Positions 43,067 to 55,243 are shown, counted from the first letter of the whole stretch. The stretch: DNA of 63,983 nt, filler included, from Licmophora abbreviata (GCA_900291995.1; 12 parts of 12 records of this genome joined end to end with filler, not necessarily neighbours in it), one strand, 5' to 3'. Made by a program: numbers and translations. Notes: generated by a model not told the origin, from the sequence alone.

Positions 43067-43097
43067 GAAAAAGGGCGCCCCGCTAAGGGCGCCCCGA
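43067..43097 (-). terminator. Rho-independent terminator of pntAB
   Basis: GC stem (ggggcgccc/gggcgccc) followed by a U-tract on the minus strand (AAAAA on plus). Confidence 0.7.
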
Positions 43098-43130
43098 TCT
43101 TGTCGCGTGGCGTGCCACCTGACCCGTGGA

Positions 43131-44615
43131 TCAGTCGATCTTGGGCAGCAGGCTCGACATGCTGGCCTTGGCGTCGCCATAGAACATGCGCGTGTTTTCC
43201 TTGTAGAACAGCGGGTTCTCGATCCCGGAATAGCCTGTCCCCTGCCCGCGCTTGGACACGAAAACCTGCTTGGCCTTCCACACCTCGAGCACCGGCATCC
43301 CGGCGATCGGGCTGTTGGGATCGTCCTGTGCCGCCGGGTTCACGATGTCGTTCGAGCCGATCACGATCACCACGTCCGTATTGGGGAAATCCTCGTTGAT
43401 CTCGTCCATTTCCAGAACGATGTCATAAGGCACCTTGGCCTCGGCCAGCAGCACGTTCATGTGCCCCGGCAGACGCCCGGCGACCGGGTGAATGGCGAAA
43501 CGCACGGTCTTGCCCTTGGCGCGCAGCTTCTGGGTCAACTCGCTGACCGCCTGCTGCGCCTGCGCCACCGCCATGCCGTAGCCCGGCACGATGATCACGC
43601 TGTCGGCCTCGTTCAGGGCGCTGGCCACGCCATCGGCCTCGATGGCGATCTGTTCGCCCTCGACCTCGGCTGCCGGACCTGTGGCGCCACCGAAGCCGCC
43701 AAGGATCACGCTGACGAATTGCCGGTTCATCGCCTTGCACATGATGTAACTCAGGATCGCACCGGACGAGCCGACAAGCGCGCCCACCACGATCAGCAGG
43801 TCATTGCCGAGGCTGAAGCCGATGGCCGCCGCCGCCCAACCCGAATAGCTGTTGAGCATCGACACGACCACGGGCATGTCGGCGCCGCCGATTCCCATGA
43901 TCAGGTGATAGCCGATGAACAGCGCCAGAAGCGTCAGCACGATCAGCGTCCAGCTGCCCGCGCCGCCCAGATACATCGCCGCGAAGACCACCGACAGGAT
44001 CGCAGCACCAGCGTTGAGCATGTGACCGCCCGGCAGCTTCTTGGCAGCTGAATCGACCTTGCCGGCCAGCTTGCCATAGGCCACGACCGACCCGGTGAAA
44101 GTGACCGCACCGATCCAAATGCCCAGAACCAGCTCGACCTTGAGGATCGAGATTTCAACGGCGGTTTTCTTGGCCACGATGGCCGCGAACCCCGAGAAAG
44201 TCTTGGCGTAGGCCACCGCTTCGGCGGTGCTGTCTTCGAGACGCGGGAAGGCATGCCCCTCGCCGATAAAGGCGGCGGCCACACGGCCCATCTCGATATC
44301 GGCGTTGAAGCCCACGAACACGGCGGCCAGACCGACCAGCGAATGCATGATCGCCACCAGTTCGGGCATCTGTGTCATCTGCACCTTGGTGGCCAGCTGA
44401 TAGCCCACCGCGGCGCCCGCCGCGATCAGCACCAGCGACAGAAGCCACAGCCCCTGACCCGGTCCGATCAACGTCGCCACGATCGCGATCGCCATGCCGA
44501 CGATCCCGTACCACACCGCGCGCTTGGCGCTTTCCTGCCCGCTCAGGCCCCCGAGGCTGAAGATGAAGAGAACAGCCGCGACCACGTAGGCCGCAATGGT
44601 AAATCCGTAATCCAT
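43131..44615 (-). CDS. pntB: NAD(P) transhydrogenase beta subunit
   Basis: [46 protein letters not shown]. Confidence 0.97.
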   Translation of the reverse strand: MDYGFTIAAYVVAAVLFIFSLGGLSGQESAKRAVWYGIVGMAIAIVATLIGPGQGLWLLSLVLIAAGAAVGYQLATKVQMTQMPELVAIMHSLVGLAAVFVGFNADIEMGRVAAAFIGEGHAFPRLEDSTAEAVAYAKTFSGFAAIVAKKTAVEISILKVELVLGIWIGAVTFTGSVVAYGKLAGKVDSAAKKLPGGHMLNAGAAILSVVFAAMYLGGAGSWTLIVLTLLALFIGYHLIMGIGGADMPVVVSMLNSYSGWAAAAIGFSLGNDLLIVVGALVGSSGAILSYIMCKAMNRQFVSVILGGFGGATGPAAEVEGEQIAIEADGVASALNEADSVIIVPGYGMAVAQAQQAVSELTQKLRAKGKTVRFAIHPVAGRLPGHMNVLLAEAKVPYDIVLEMDEINEDFPNTDVVIVIGSNDIVNPAAQDDPNSPIAGMPVLEVWKAKQVFVSKRGQGTGYSGIENPLFYKENTRMFYGDAKASMSSLLPKID

Positions 44616-44627
44616 TGTCGCCTCCGC

Positions 44628-45978
44628 TTAGGATTTCTGGAACATGGCGAGCATGCGCCGTGTCACGAGGAAGCCACCGAAAATATTGATCGAGGCCATG
44701 AAGACCGCCAACGCACCCAGCACGGTGATCAGCGCCGAACTGGAGCCGATCTGCATNNNNNNNNNNNNNNNNNNNNNNNNNNNNNNNNNNNNNNNNNNNN
44801 TTAATTAATTAANNNNNNNNNNNNNNNNNNNNNNNNNNNNNNNNNNNNNNNNNNNNCGGGAAGGTCACCTCTCCGGCATGCGCCACGGTGGCGCCGCGGA
44901 TCACGTCATCCTCCATGTTGTGCACGACCTGACCGTCCTTTTCGGGCGTCAGATCGGTCATCATGTGGCGAACGTTCGTGGAATAGAGGCTGGAGGACTG
45001 CGTCGCCATCCGGCTGGGGAAATCGGTATAGCCGATGATCGTCACGCCATTGTCGGTGACGATCTTCTCATCCATCACCGTCAGCTTGCAGTTGCCGCCC
45101 TTCTCCGCCGCCAGATCGACGATGACCGAGCCGCGCTTCATCGCCTTGACCATGTCCTCGGTCCACAGCTCGGGCGCTTCGCGGTTCGGGATCAGGGCGG
45201 TGGTGATGACGATATCCACCTCGGGCGCCAGCTCACGGAACTTGGCCAGCTGCGCCTCGCGGAATTCCGGCGAGGACGGAGCAGCATAGCCCCCCGTCGC
45301 GGCGCCGTCCTGGGTTTCCTCCTCGAAATCCAGATAGACGAACTCGGCGCCCATCGACTGCACCTGCTCGGCCACTTCGGGCCGCACGTCGAACGCATAG
45401 GTGATCGCGCCAAGCGAGGTCGATGTCCCGATCGCCGCAAGGCCCGCGACGCCCGCGCCGACCACCAGCACCTTGGCCGGGGGCACCTTGCCCGCAGCCG
45501 TCACCTGCCCGGTGAAGAACCGGCCGAAATTGTTGCCCGCCTCGATCACCGCGCGGTAGCCCGCGATATTGGCCATCGAGCTCAGCGCGTCCATCTTCTG
45601 TGCGCGGCTGATGCGCGGCACCATGTCCATCGCGATGACCGATGTGCCCTTGTCAGCCAGAAGCTTCATCTGCGCTTCGTTCTGGGCCGGCCAGAAGAAC
45701 GAGATCAGCAGCTGCTCGGCACGCAGGCGCTTGGCCTCGGCCTCCGTGGGCGGGCGCACCTTGGCGATGATGTCGCACGCCTTGAAGAGCGCCGCGGCGG
45801 TTTTCACCACTTCGACACCGGCCTCCTTGTAGGCGGCATCGGCAAAGCCCGCAGCCTTGCCCGCCCCCGATTCGATCGCGCAGTCATAGCCCAGTTTCTG
45901 AAGCTGGAGCGCCGAATCAGGCGTCATGGCGACCCGTGCCTCACCCTCCATCACTTCTTTTGGTGTACCGATCTTCAA
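44628..45978 (-). CDS. pntA: NAD(P) transhydrogenase alpha subunit, split by gap 44757-44856
   Basis: RISRAQKMDALSSMANIAGY and GAGVAGL in the N-terminal part; INIFGGFLVTRRMLAMF at 44628-44756. Confidence 0.96.
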
Positions 45979-46119
45979 GGTCGTTTCCCCCGTTTATCGT
46001 TCGATTTTATTGGTCTGCGCGCACAAGCGGCGCCGGCCGTTCATCCGGCTTTAAATAGTGTTGAGCCGGGTTATTCCAGATTTTTCTACCGCTTTCGTTG
46101 CAGGCATAGTCGCATCCTG

Positions 46120-46572
46120 TCAAATCCAGCGGCGTGTCTTTTCGCAATAGCGCGCGAAATCCATGCGAAACTTGCGGCGCATCCTGTCCTCTTCGGGCTC
46201 GATGAAGCGTTTCTCGATCACCCAGACGAAGATCGGCACCAGCGGCAGCGCCAGAACCGCGTCCCACCACAGGATCAGCCCCGCCAGCACCAGCGCATCG
46301 CCCAGATAGATCGGATTGCGCGTCCGGCTGAAAATCCCCGTCTGGATCAGCCGCTCGGGCGTCTCATGCGGAATGACCGTGGTGCGGTGGCGGCGGAACT
46401 CGGACAGCGCCAGCGCCATCAGCACCACCCCGCCCCCCACCAGCAGACCGCCGGCAAACTCGGACCATGCCCCGCCGAAACTCAGACCCGCGGGAAAATA
46501 CGCCGCCTGCCCCCAAGCCAGCACCAGACAGGCCAAAAGCCAGACGGGCGGCATATCGAGCCAGCGCATCAT
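46120..46572 (-). CDS. Isoprenylcysteine carboxylmethyltransferase/PEMT-family membrane protein
   Basis: GIFSRTRNPIYLG, IEPEE…F…Y…TRRWI; start overlaps the rhodanese stop (ATGA). Confidence 0.88.
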   Translation of the reverse strand: MMRWLDMPPVWLLACLVLAWGQAAYFPAGLSFGGAWSEFAGGLLVGGGVVLMALALSEFRRHRTTVIPHETPERLIQTGIFSRTRNPIYLGDALVLAGLILWWDAVLALPLVPIFVWVIEKRFIEPEEDRMRRKFRMDFARYCEKTRRWI

Positions 46573-47000
46573 TGCGGATGCCACGCCCCGTCGCGCCGCC
46601 ACCCGTCCAGCCCACCCTGAAGCATCACCACATTGTCATAGCCCATCAACCGAGCAGCAAGTGCTGCCTGCGCCGACAGGGTGCCGGTGTTGCAATAGAC
46701 CACGATCATGCCATCGGGCAGGCTTTCGACCTCACGCGGGACGGCCCTCCAGTCGATATTGACAGCACCGGGGATATGCCCCTGAGCATATTCGGACGCA
46801 TCGCGCGCGTCGACAAAGATGGCCTGTTCGAACAGCGCCCGGTCGATCTGCTGGGGCTGCAAGATGCCTTGATGATAGGTGGCGAAATCCATGTAATCCA
46901 GAATTGCATCACGCAGCGCGTCTTCTTGCGCCTGCGCCGCAGGGGGCACCAACACAAGCAGCGCCGCGGCCAACGCCAGCCGCCGCACAGAACCGCTCAT
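46569..47000 (-). CDS. Periplasmic single-domain rhodanese (sulfurtransferase)
   Basis: Signal peptide, VDAR, GHIPGAVNI, YCNTG, LQGGLDGW; ATGA overlap with the upstream MBL gene. Confidence 0.88.
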   Translation of the reverse strand: MSGSVRRLALAAALLVLVPPAAQAQEDALRDAILDYMDFATYHQGILQPQQIDRALFEQAIFVDARDASEYAQGHIPGAVNIDWRAVPREVESLPDGMIVVYCNTGTLSAQAALAARLMGYDNVVMLQGGLDGWRRDGAWHPQ

Positions 47001-48031
47001 TCCCATTCCATTTCTTCGTACACGCGGCCCGCATTCTTGGTGGCCAGCTCCTCGAACGTGTCCAGATGCGCCCATTGGGACTGATCCACGTAATAGGCCT
47101 CCGACAGATCGCCGCCATTGNNNNNNNNNNNNNNNNNNNNNNNNNNNNNNNNNNNNNNNNNNNNTTAATTAATTAANNNNNNNNNNNNNNNNNNNNNNNN
47201 NNNNNNNNNNNNNNNNNNNNCTTGGCGCGCAGATCCGTTCAGGTAATCCGAGGTATAGCGCGTCACCTGCGCCATGTTCGTCGGATGCCCGTGACCGGGG
47301 ATCACATAGGTCGCGCCCAGACCGGCGAACGGCCCGTCGAACGTGTCGATCCAGCCATCGGTATCGGTGCCCGGAAAGATCGGCGGCATTCGTTCGTGAA
47401 AGGCGATGTCCCCGGCGATCACGATGCCCCATTGCGGGATCCACACCTGCGTGTCGCCCGGCCCATGCGCAGGGCCAAGATGCAGCACATGGATGGTCAC
47501 ATCGCCCATCTCGACGATCTTCTCGTCCTCGAAACTCAGGTTCGGGACGGCGATGGTGGTGCCTTCGGCCTTGTCGCGGTTATAGCCCTGCATACCTTGC
47601 AGGATGAAATCGCCCTCGGACTCGATCTCGTGGATCGCCTCCACATGGGCGAGGATATCCACAGCCTGTTCCGCCCAATAGGAATTGCCAAGAAACGCGT
47701 GGCCCTGCCCGTTCTCGTTGATCACCAGCTTCACGGGCTGGTCGGTCACGGTCTTGATCTCGTCATGCAGCGCCTTGGCCAGACGATAGGACGCCCCGCC
47801 ATTCACCACGACCACGCCATCGCCGGTGACGACGAAACTCAGGTTGTTGTTATGGCCCGCATTCTCATAGGTGGGCGGCGCCGTGGCGCCGATCGCGGTG
47901 AACACATGCGGGATGAACTCGACCGGCTTGGAATAAAGCTCGGACTGCGGATACTGGTCTGCAATGTCCTCCGAAGCCAGCGCGGGCAAGGCAAGCCCGG
48001 CGGCCAGCAGGGCGGCGAAAATCGGTCTCAT
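46997..48031 (-). CDS. Secreted MBL-fold metallohydrolase (SoxH-like), split by gap 47121-47220
   Basis: Signal peptide; ENGQGHAFLGN, AHGPGD, AGD, IPGHG; C-terminus …LDTFEELATKNAGRVYEEMEWE at 46997-47120. Confidence 0.82.
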
Positions 48032-48171
48032 GACATCCTCCCTTGGATCGTGTCTACAATGTTACGCATTCGCGTTCGTGAATGTCTAGGGGGTGTGACG
48101 TGCGTCCCGATCCGCTTGCCTGCCCGCAGCGCGGGTGTAGGGTGGCGATATCATGGGAACGGAGGATGACA

Positions 48172-48942
48172 ATGCTCGATGGCACGCATGCATTGGTAAC
48201 GGGGGGCGGCACGGGAATCGGTCTGGCCATAGCCACGGCGCTTGCCCGGGCTGGCGCGCAAGTCACCATCACCGGCCGCCGCGCCGAGGTGCTTCAGGAC
48301 GCAGCCGCAGGCCTCGCCGCACCGGTCACGGGCGGCCTACACCCGCTGGTGATGGACGTGACCAACGAGGCGCAGGTCAGCGACGCCATCGCCCGCGCCA
48401 CAGCCGCGCGCGGCCCGCTGCAGATCTGCATCCCCAACGCCGGCATCGCCGAGGGCCGCGCGATCCACAAGACCGACACCGACACCTGGCGCCGCATCAT
48501 GGCAACCAATCTCGACGGCGCCTTCTGGACGATCCGCGAAAGCCTTGCCTCGATGAGCGACGCCGATTGGGGCCGGGTGGTGGCGATCTCATCCATTGCC
48601 GGGCTGAAGGGGCTCAAGGGCGCCGCCGCCTACAGCGCCTCGAAACACGGGCTGATCGGCCTGATCCGGGGGCTGAGCGAGGATTACATGGGCAGCCCCC
48701 TCACCTTCAACGCGATCTGTCCCGGCTATGTCGACACCGAGATCGTCAGCCGCAACGCCGACGCCATCAGCGCCCGCGCCGGCATCAGCGCCGATGCGGC
48801 GCGCGACATGATGATCGCCCAGAACCGCCATCAGCGCCTCATTGCCCCCGACGAGGTGGCGCAGGCGGTGCTGTGGCTCTGCGGTCCGGGATCGGGCAGC
48901 GTGAACGGCCAATGCATCGAAATCGCCGGGGGGCAGGTCTGA
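48172..48942 (+). CDS. Short-chain dehydrogenase/reductase
   Basis: TGGGTGIG, NAG, YSASK; GGAGG RBS at 48161. Confidence 0.93.
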   Translation: MLDGTHALVTGGGTGIGLAIATALARAGAQVTITGRRAEVLQDAAAGLAAPVTGGLHPLVMDVTNEAQVSDAIARATAARGPLQICIPNAGIAEGRAIHKTDTDTWRRIMATNLDGAFWTIRESLASMSDADWGRVVAISSIAGLKGLKGAAAYSASKHGLIGLIRGLSEDYMGSPLTFNAICPGYVDTEIVSRNADAISARAGISADAARDMMIAQNRHQRLIAPDEVAQAVLWLCGPGSGSVNGQCIEIAGGQV

Positions 48943-49003
48943 CGCAACGCTTTGAGGCGTGCGCTGCGTTAACCCCGCCGCCCGAGCGCCCGCGCACAGA
49001 CAG

Positions 49004-49047
49004 GACACCGACGCGATACCGACGTGATACCGATGCAATACCGAAGC
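49004..49047 (+). repeat. Intergenic 11-bp tandem repeat (consensus GATACCGACGC) x4
   Basis: gacaccgacgc/gataccgacgt/gataccgatgc/aataccgaagc; a second array lies at 55244. Confidence 0.85.
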
Positions 49048-49100
49048 CCTTTTTCTCATGCCTTTCAACGCATTAACCCTGATTCGCCGGAAAGCAATCC

Positions 49101-50294
49101 ATGACCGATTTCAGCGCCACCAAATCCATGTTCGATCTGCCCGAAGGGCTGGTCTATCTCGACGGCAATTCGCTTGGCCCCCTGCCCCGCGCCGCATCGG
49201 ACCGGATGGCAAAGGTGATGCAGGAGGAATGGGGCAAGCTGCTGATCTCCGGCTGGAACAAGGCCGGGTGGATGGCCCAGCCGATGCGCACGGGAGACCG
49301 CATCGCGCGGCTGATCGGCGCCGAGCCGGGCCATGTGGTGATCGGCGATACCCTGTCGATCAAGGTCTATCAGGCGCTCGCCGCCGCACTGGACATGCGC
49401 CCCGACCGGCGGGTGATTCTGTCCGACAGCGGCAATTTCCCCTCGGATCTCTATATGGCCGAGGGGCTGATCGCCGCTCTGGACCGCGGGCTGGAGTTGC
49501 GTGTCGTTGCACCCGAGGACGTGGAAAGCGCCCTCACCGACGAGGTGGCGGTGATGATGCTGACGCAGGTGGATTACCGCACGGGCCGGATGCACGACAT
49601 GGCCCGGCTGACGGAAAAAGCCCATGAAACCGGGGCTTTGGCCCTGTGGGATCTGGCCCATAGCGCGGGGGCCGTGCCGGTTGACCTGTCCGGCGCACAG
49701 GTGGATTTCGCGGTGGGCTGCACCTACAAGTTTCTCAATGGCGGCCCCGGTGCTCCGGCCTTCATCTATGTGGCGCCGCGCCATGCGGACACCGCTCGAC
49801 CAGCCCTGTCGGGCTGGCTCGGTCACGCAGCCCCTTTCGCTTTCGAGCCCGCCTACCGCCCCGGCGAGGGCATCGAGCGGATGCGCGTCGGCACCCCGCC
49901 GGTGCTGGCGCTCGCGGCACTCGAGGCGGCTTTGGATGTCTGGGACCGGGTCGACATGGCCGATCTGCGGGCCCGCACCATCACCCTTGCCGAGCGGTTC
50001 ATCGCCGCCATCGAGCCCGCCTGCCCGATGCTGACCCTCGCCTCGCCCCGCGATCCCGCGCAGCGCGGCGCCCAAGTGTCGTTCCACTTCGAGCATGGCT
50101 TTGAGGCGATGCAGGCCTGTATCGCCCACGGCGTTGTGGGGGACTTCCGCGCCCCCGACATCATGCGCTTCGGCATCACCCCGCTCTATCTGGACGAGGC
50201 CGATATCGACCGCGCCGCCCATGTGATCCGGCAGGTCATGCAGGGCCGTCTGTGGAACGATCCGGCCTATCGAATAAGGGATAAGGTGACCTGA
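49101..50294 (+). CDS. kynU: Kynureninase
   Basis: YLDGNSLG, WDLAHSAGA, GCTYKFLNGGPG (PLP lysine). Confidence 0.95.
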   Translation: MTDFSATKSMFDLPEGLVYLDGNSLGPLPRAASDRMAKVMQEEWGKLLISGWNKAGWMAQPMRTGDRIARLIGAEPGHVVIGDTLSIKVYQALAAALDMRPDRRVILSDSGNFPSDLYMAEGLIAALDRGLELRVVAPEDVESALTDEVAVMMLTQVDYRTGRMHDMARLTEKAHETGALALWDLAHSAGAVPVDLSGAQVDFAVGCTYKFLNGGPGAPAFIYVAPRHADTARPALSGWLGHAAPFAFEPAYRPGEGIERMRVGTPPVLALAALEAALDVWDRVDMADLRARTITLAERFIAAIEPACPMLTLASPRDPAQRGAQVSFHFEHGFEAMQACIAHGVVGDFRAPDIMRFGITPLYLDEADIDRAAHVIRQVMQGRLWNDPAYRIRDKVT

Positions 50295-50576
50295 TCCACC
50301 CCGCCTCAGGCGGTCCCGTTCCATGCTGAAAAGAACCGGATCGCCCCCAGTTAAACCGTTCAGCAAATGCACGGTCCGGCAGGCGTTCGTTCCGGAGATT
50401 TGTCACGGTTTCGCCACAGGCACCCCCAACTAATGCACCATTTGCAAACGATTTTATCAATCAGTGAGCACACCGGCACGCAGCCTTGTTCTTGGGGCTT
50501 GATCGTCCGGTCACGCGATCCCGACCGTGGGTTTCGGTCGGATAGTTTGGTGGAATGTGAGTGGGGTATCGGTATC

Positions 50577-51296
50577 ATGGTTTGGGAAAATAAGCATCAG
50601 GTGGCGCCTGCGGTCGATAACTGCCGCAGCCCTCACGAGGTCGCGCAAAGCGCCGCAGCCGGCCTGTCCGAATGGCACAGCACGGCACCGGGCAATGTGC
50701 CTCTGACCATATGCTTCACCCCCGGCACGATGATCCTGACCGAAACCGGCGAGCGCCCCATCGAAACCCTCAGGCCCGCAGACCGCGTCATTACACGTGA
50801 CAGCGGAGTGCAGGAGATCCGCTGGATCGGCAAGCGCCGGGTTGCGGGACATGGCGACATGGCGCCTGTCTCGATCGGGGCAAACGTGTTCGAGGGTGCG
50901 CAGGACGCGCTGCTGGTCTCACCGCATCACCGGATACTCTATACCGGCTATGTGGCCGAACTGCTCTTCGGCGAGCTCGAGGTGCTGGTCGCCGCGAAAG
51001 ACCTCATCGACGGCACCGATGTGCAGCGCCACACCTGTGATGAGGTGACCTATATCCATCTGATGTTTGACCGGCACGAGGTGATCTATGCCAATGGCAT
51101 CGCCACGGAAAGCTTTCTTGCCAGTGACCTCGCGCTGTCCGGCCTTGCAGACGTCGCGCGCGAGAACCTGTTTGCGACCCTGCCCGATCTGCGCAGCGCA
51201 AGCACCGCACATCCCGAGCCCGCACGCCCCTGCCTTGCCACGCATGAGGCGCAGCTTTTGTCGCGCACGATAGCCGCGGCGCGACGGCCCATGTGA
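50577..51296 (+). CDS. Hint-domain (bacterial intein-like, Hint_2) protein
   Basis: ICFTPGT, LLVSPHHR, EVLVAAKDL, YIHLMFDRHEVIYANG…TESF. Confidence 0.88.
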   Translation: MVWENKHQVAPAVDNCRSPHEVAQSAAAGLSEWHSTAPGNVPLTICFTPGTMILTETGERPIETLRPADRVITRDSGVQEIRWIGKRRVAGHGDMAPVSIGANVFEGAQDALLVSPHHRILYTGYVAELLFGELEVLVAAKDLIDGTDVQRHTCDEVTYIHLMFDRHEVIYANGIATESFLASDLALSGLADVARENLFATLPDLRSASTAHPEPARPCLATHEAQLLSRTIAAARRPM

Positions 51297-51484
51297 TCGG
51301 TGACGTGATCGGGTGACGCGCCTCAGCAGGCCTTGTCGACCTTGGCGGCCCAATCGCTCACCATGGCCTTGAGCGCGGTCCAGTNNNNNNNNNNNNNNNN
51401 NNNNNNNNNNNNNNNNNNNNNNNNNNNNTTAATTAATTAANNNNNNNNNNNNNNNNNNNNNNNNNNNNNNNNNNNNNNNNNNNN

Positions 51485-52648
51485 TATCGCTACCTGTGGT
51501 CCAACGGCCCCAAGGAGGGGCTGGAATTCGCCGATTACACCTTCGACGAACATTTCGGCAAGGAAATCGCCAGCTACCCGCCCCGCGAGGTGCTGTTCGA
51601 CTACATCAAGGGCCGCGTCGAAAAGGCCGGGGTCCGCGACTGGATCCGCTTCAACAACTACGTGCGCGATGTCCGCTATGACGACGCAACCGGCACATTC
51701 ACCGTCACCGCCCGCGACACGGCCCGCGACGAGGAAACAACCGAGGTCTTCGACCATGTGATCGTCGCCTCGGGCCATTTTTCCACGCCGAACGTGCCAC
51801 ATTATCCGGGCTTCGAATCCTACAATGGCCGCATCCTGCACGCCCATGACTTCCGCGACGCCCGCGAATTCGAAGGCAAGGACATCCTCATCATGGGCTC
51901 GTCCTACTCGGCCGAGGATATCGGCTCGCAATGCTGGAAATACGGCTGCAACTCCATCATCTCATCGCACCGGTCCGGCCCCATGGGCTACAAATGGCCC
52001 GACAACTGGGACGAGGCCCCCGGCCTCAGCCATGTCGAAGGCAAGACCGCCCATTTCGTCGACGGCACCAGCCGCGAGGTCGATGCCATCATCCTGTGCA
52101 CCGGCTACAAGCACCACTTCCCCTTCCTGCCCGACGCTCTGCGCCTCAAGACCGCCAACCGTCTGGCCGCGGCGGATCTCTACAAGGGCGTGGTCTTCGT
52201 GCCCAATCCCAAGCTGTTCTATCTCGGGATGCAGGACCAGTGGTTCACCTTCAACATGTTCGACGCGCAAGCTTGGTGGGCGCGTGACTGCATCATGGGC
52301 AAGATCGCCCTGCCCGACGCCGCCACCATGGAGGCCGACTGGAAACAGCGCGAAGTCGACGAGGACAAGCTCGAGGACGATTACGCCTGCATCAAGTATC
52401 AGGGCGACTATGTCGAGGAACTGATCGCCGAAACCGATTACCCTTCCTTCGATGTGGAAGCCGCCTGTCAGGCGTTCTACGAATGGAAGAAGCACAAGAA
52501 GAAAGACATCATGGCCTTCCGCAACTACGGCTATGTCTCACCGATGACCGGCAAGAAGGCACCGCCGCATCATACCTCTTGGGTCGAGGCGCTGGATGAC
52601 AGTCTCGAATCCTACCTGCAAACCGAAAAACAGGCCCAATCCGCCTGA
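51485..52648 (+). CDS. tmm: Bacterial flavin-containing monooxygenase (trimethylamine monooxygenase), N-terminus in gap
   Basis: [21 protein letters not shown] motif [22 protein letters not shown]; adjacent to tdm. Confidence 0.9.
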   Translation, partial: YRYLWSNGPKEGLEFADYTFDEHFGKEIASYPPREVLFDYIKGRVEKAGVRDWIRFNNYVRDVRYDDATGTFTVTARDTARDEETTEVFDHVIVASGHFSTPNVPHYPGFESYNGRILHAHDFRDAREFEGKDILIMGSSYSAEDIGSQCWKYGCNSIISSHRSGPMGYKWPDNWDEAPGLSHVEGKTAHFVDGTSREVDAIILCTGYKHHFPFLPDALRLKTANRLAAADLYKGVVFVPNPKLFYLGMQDQWFTFNMFDAQAWWARDCIMGKIALPDAATMEADWKQREVDEDKLEDDYACIKYQGDYVEELIAETDYPSFDVEAACQAFYEWKKHKKKDIMAFRNYGYVSPMTGKKAPPHHTSWVEALDDSLESYLQTEKQAQSA

Positions 52649-52718
52649 TCCGATGTCGTCCCGGCCGTGCCTTTCCCCCACGGCCGGGGCGACGAACCTT
52701 TGAGCGCGCGAACACATC

Positions 52719-55180
52719 ATGGCCATCACCCCCCTCTTCGAGACCCCCTACGAGCGGGCGGGCATCCTGTTGCCCGGCCTGCCGGTGCTGGAACCCGGCG
52801 TCGAGCGGCACCCCGTGCCCGCCGGCGGCTCCCGTGCCCTGCCGATCGAGNNNNNNNNNNNNNNNNNNNNNNNNNNNNNNNNNNNNNNNNNNNNTTAATT
52901 AATTAANNNNNNNNNNNNNNNNNNNNNNNNNNNNNNNNNNNNNNNNNNNNAATCACCCTGCTCGATCCCGAAGGCCTGCAACCCGGCGAGCTGGTTCTCT
53001 TCGGCCCTGACGGGCGCTCGGACGCGGCGATGCTGGGGGCCACCGGCTCGGGCCGCCCCGAAGGCGTGATCTCGGTGCTGGCCAATGGCTCGCCCTCGGG
53101 TGCCCGTGTGGCGCGTGCGCTCGATGCGGCGGGCTTCAAGCTGGGCAAGGCCGATGCGGTGCGCGTTTTTGCCGAAGGCTCTCGCCCCGGCGACATGGCC
53201 ACCTTTCACGCGTCCTGCGACGGCCTGCTGATCGTCGCCGCCCCCGGCGGCCCGATGCAGCCCTGCGCGCAGGACACGCCCACCGACCTGATCCTCTATA
53301 TCCGCCGTGCCAACCGCGGCAATGGCAAGGGCGGGCTTCTGCCCCCCGATCCGCTGGCCGATCCGATCCACGACATCAACATCCAACCCGGCGAGGCGCA
53401 CAGCTACGAGGTGCGCAAGGGCCAGTATATCCAGATCCTCGATGTGCAGGGCCGCGAATGCTCGGATTTTCAGGCCTTCTCGATGCGCGCGCTGGACAAG
53501 GGGCTGGAACGCGACATCGACCCCACCACGACCCGCTCGCTGATGGGGTCGCTCTATCCCCAGCCCGGCATCTTCTCGAAATACTGGAGCGTGGATCAGG
53601 AACCGCTGGTCGAGATCGTGCAGGACACATGCGGCCGGCATGACACCTTCGGGCTGGCCTGCACCGCGCGCTATTACGAGGATCTGGGCTATCCCGGTCA
53701 CGTGAACTGCTCGGACAACATGAATGCCGATCTGGCGCAATACGGCATCCGCCCGCGCGCCGGCTGGCCCGCGATCAACTTCTTCTTCAACACCATGCTG
53801 GATGAGACAAACGCCATCGGCATGGACGATCCATGGTCGCGCCCCGGCGATTTCGTGCTGCTGCGCGCGCTCAGCGACCTGATCTGCGTGTCCACTGCCT
53901 GCCCCTGCGATGTGGACCCGGCCAATGGCTGGAACCCCACCGACATTCAGGTGCGCAGCTATGGCGCGACCGAAACCTTCAGCCGTTCGATCGGCTATCG
54001 CAAATCGGCGGAGGCCCAAGTGGAAGACACCAAGGAAACCGGGTTCCATTCCCGCTTCGCGCAGCACACGCGCAATTTCATCGAATACAACGGCTACTGG
54101 CTGGCCTCGGACATGACCGGCAAGGGCGCTCTGGCCGAATACTGGGCCTGCCGCGAAAAGGCCGCCGTGATGGATCTGTCACCCTTGCGCAAATACGAGG
54201 TGACAGGCCCCGACGCCGAGGCCCTCATGCAGCTGTGCGTGACCCGCAACATGAAAAAGCTGGCCGTCGGTCAGGTGGTCTATACCGCGATGTGCTACGA
54301 TCACGGCGGCATGATCGACGACGGCACCGTGTTCCGTCTGGGTCAGGACAATTTCCGCTGGATCGGCGGCAACGACACCTCCGGCCTGTGGCTGCGCCAG
54401 CAGGCGCAGGAGCGCGGGATGAACGCTTTCGTGCGCAACTCCACCGACCAGCTGCACAATATCGCCGTGCAAGGCCCCCTCAGCCGCGAGATCCTCTCGG
54501 CCCTGATCTGGACGCCGCCGACCCAGCCCACCATCGACGAGCTTGAATGGTTCCGCTTCACCATCGCCCGGATCGGCGACTATGACGGGATCCCGCTGGT
54601 GGTCAGCCGCACCGGCTATTCCGGCGAATTGGGCTACGAGGTGTTCTGCCACCCCAAGCACGCCCCACAGGTCTTCGACGCCATCTGGGCCGAAGGCGCA
54701 CTCAAGGGCATGCTGCCCCTCGGGCTCGAAGCACTGGACATGCTGCGCATCGAATCCGGGCTGATCTTCGCCAATGCCGAATTCTGTGACCGCACCGACC
54801 CGTTCGAGGCCGGGATCGGATTTGCCGTTCCGCTCAAGAGCAAGGAGGATGATTTCATCGGCCGCACGGCGCTCGAAAACCGCAAGGCGCATCCACAGCG
54901 CAAACTGGTCGGGCTCGAGATCGAAAGCGGCATCGTGCCCTCGGGCGGCGATTGCGTGCGCATGGGCCGCGCCCAGATCGGCGAAATCACCTCGGCCATG
55001 CGCTCACCCATCCTCGGCAAGACCATCGCACTGGCGCGGCTTGACCTGCCCCATACCGAACCGGGCACCGCCGTCGAGGTGGGTCAGCTCGACGGTCAGC
55101 AAAAACGCCTCAAGGCCACCATCGTCCCCTTCCCGCATTTCGATCCGACCAAGGAACGCGTGAAGGGCAATTACGCCTGA
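52719..55180 (+). CDS. tdm: Trimethylamine N-oxide demethylase (DUF1989 + GcvT-like), split by gap 52851-52950
   Basis: DUF1989 cysteine motifs (HDTFGLAC, NCSDN, TACPCD) plus a GCV_T domain (DLSPLRK, SRTGYSGELGYE); follows tmm. Confidence 0.88.
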
Positions 55181-55243
55181 GACCGGCGCTTTCGGGCCGC
55201 ACCGCAACGCGCGGTCCGTTTACGATAGATCTGCGAGCTGGTC

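Noticed and set aside
44878..46620. 580-aa plus-strand ORF and similar long antisense ORFs (e.g. 42993..44051, 49065..50372, 52895..54067, 57897..59429, 59429..60652)
   Set aside because: Shadow ORFs opposite well-recognised genes in high-GC DNA; no motifs.
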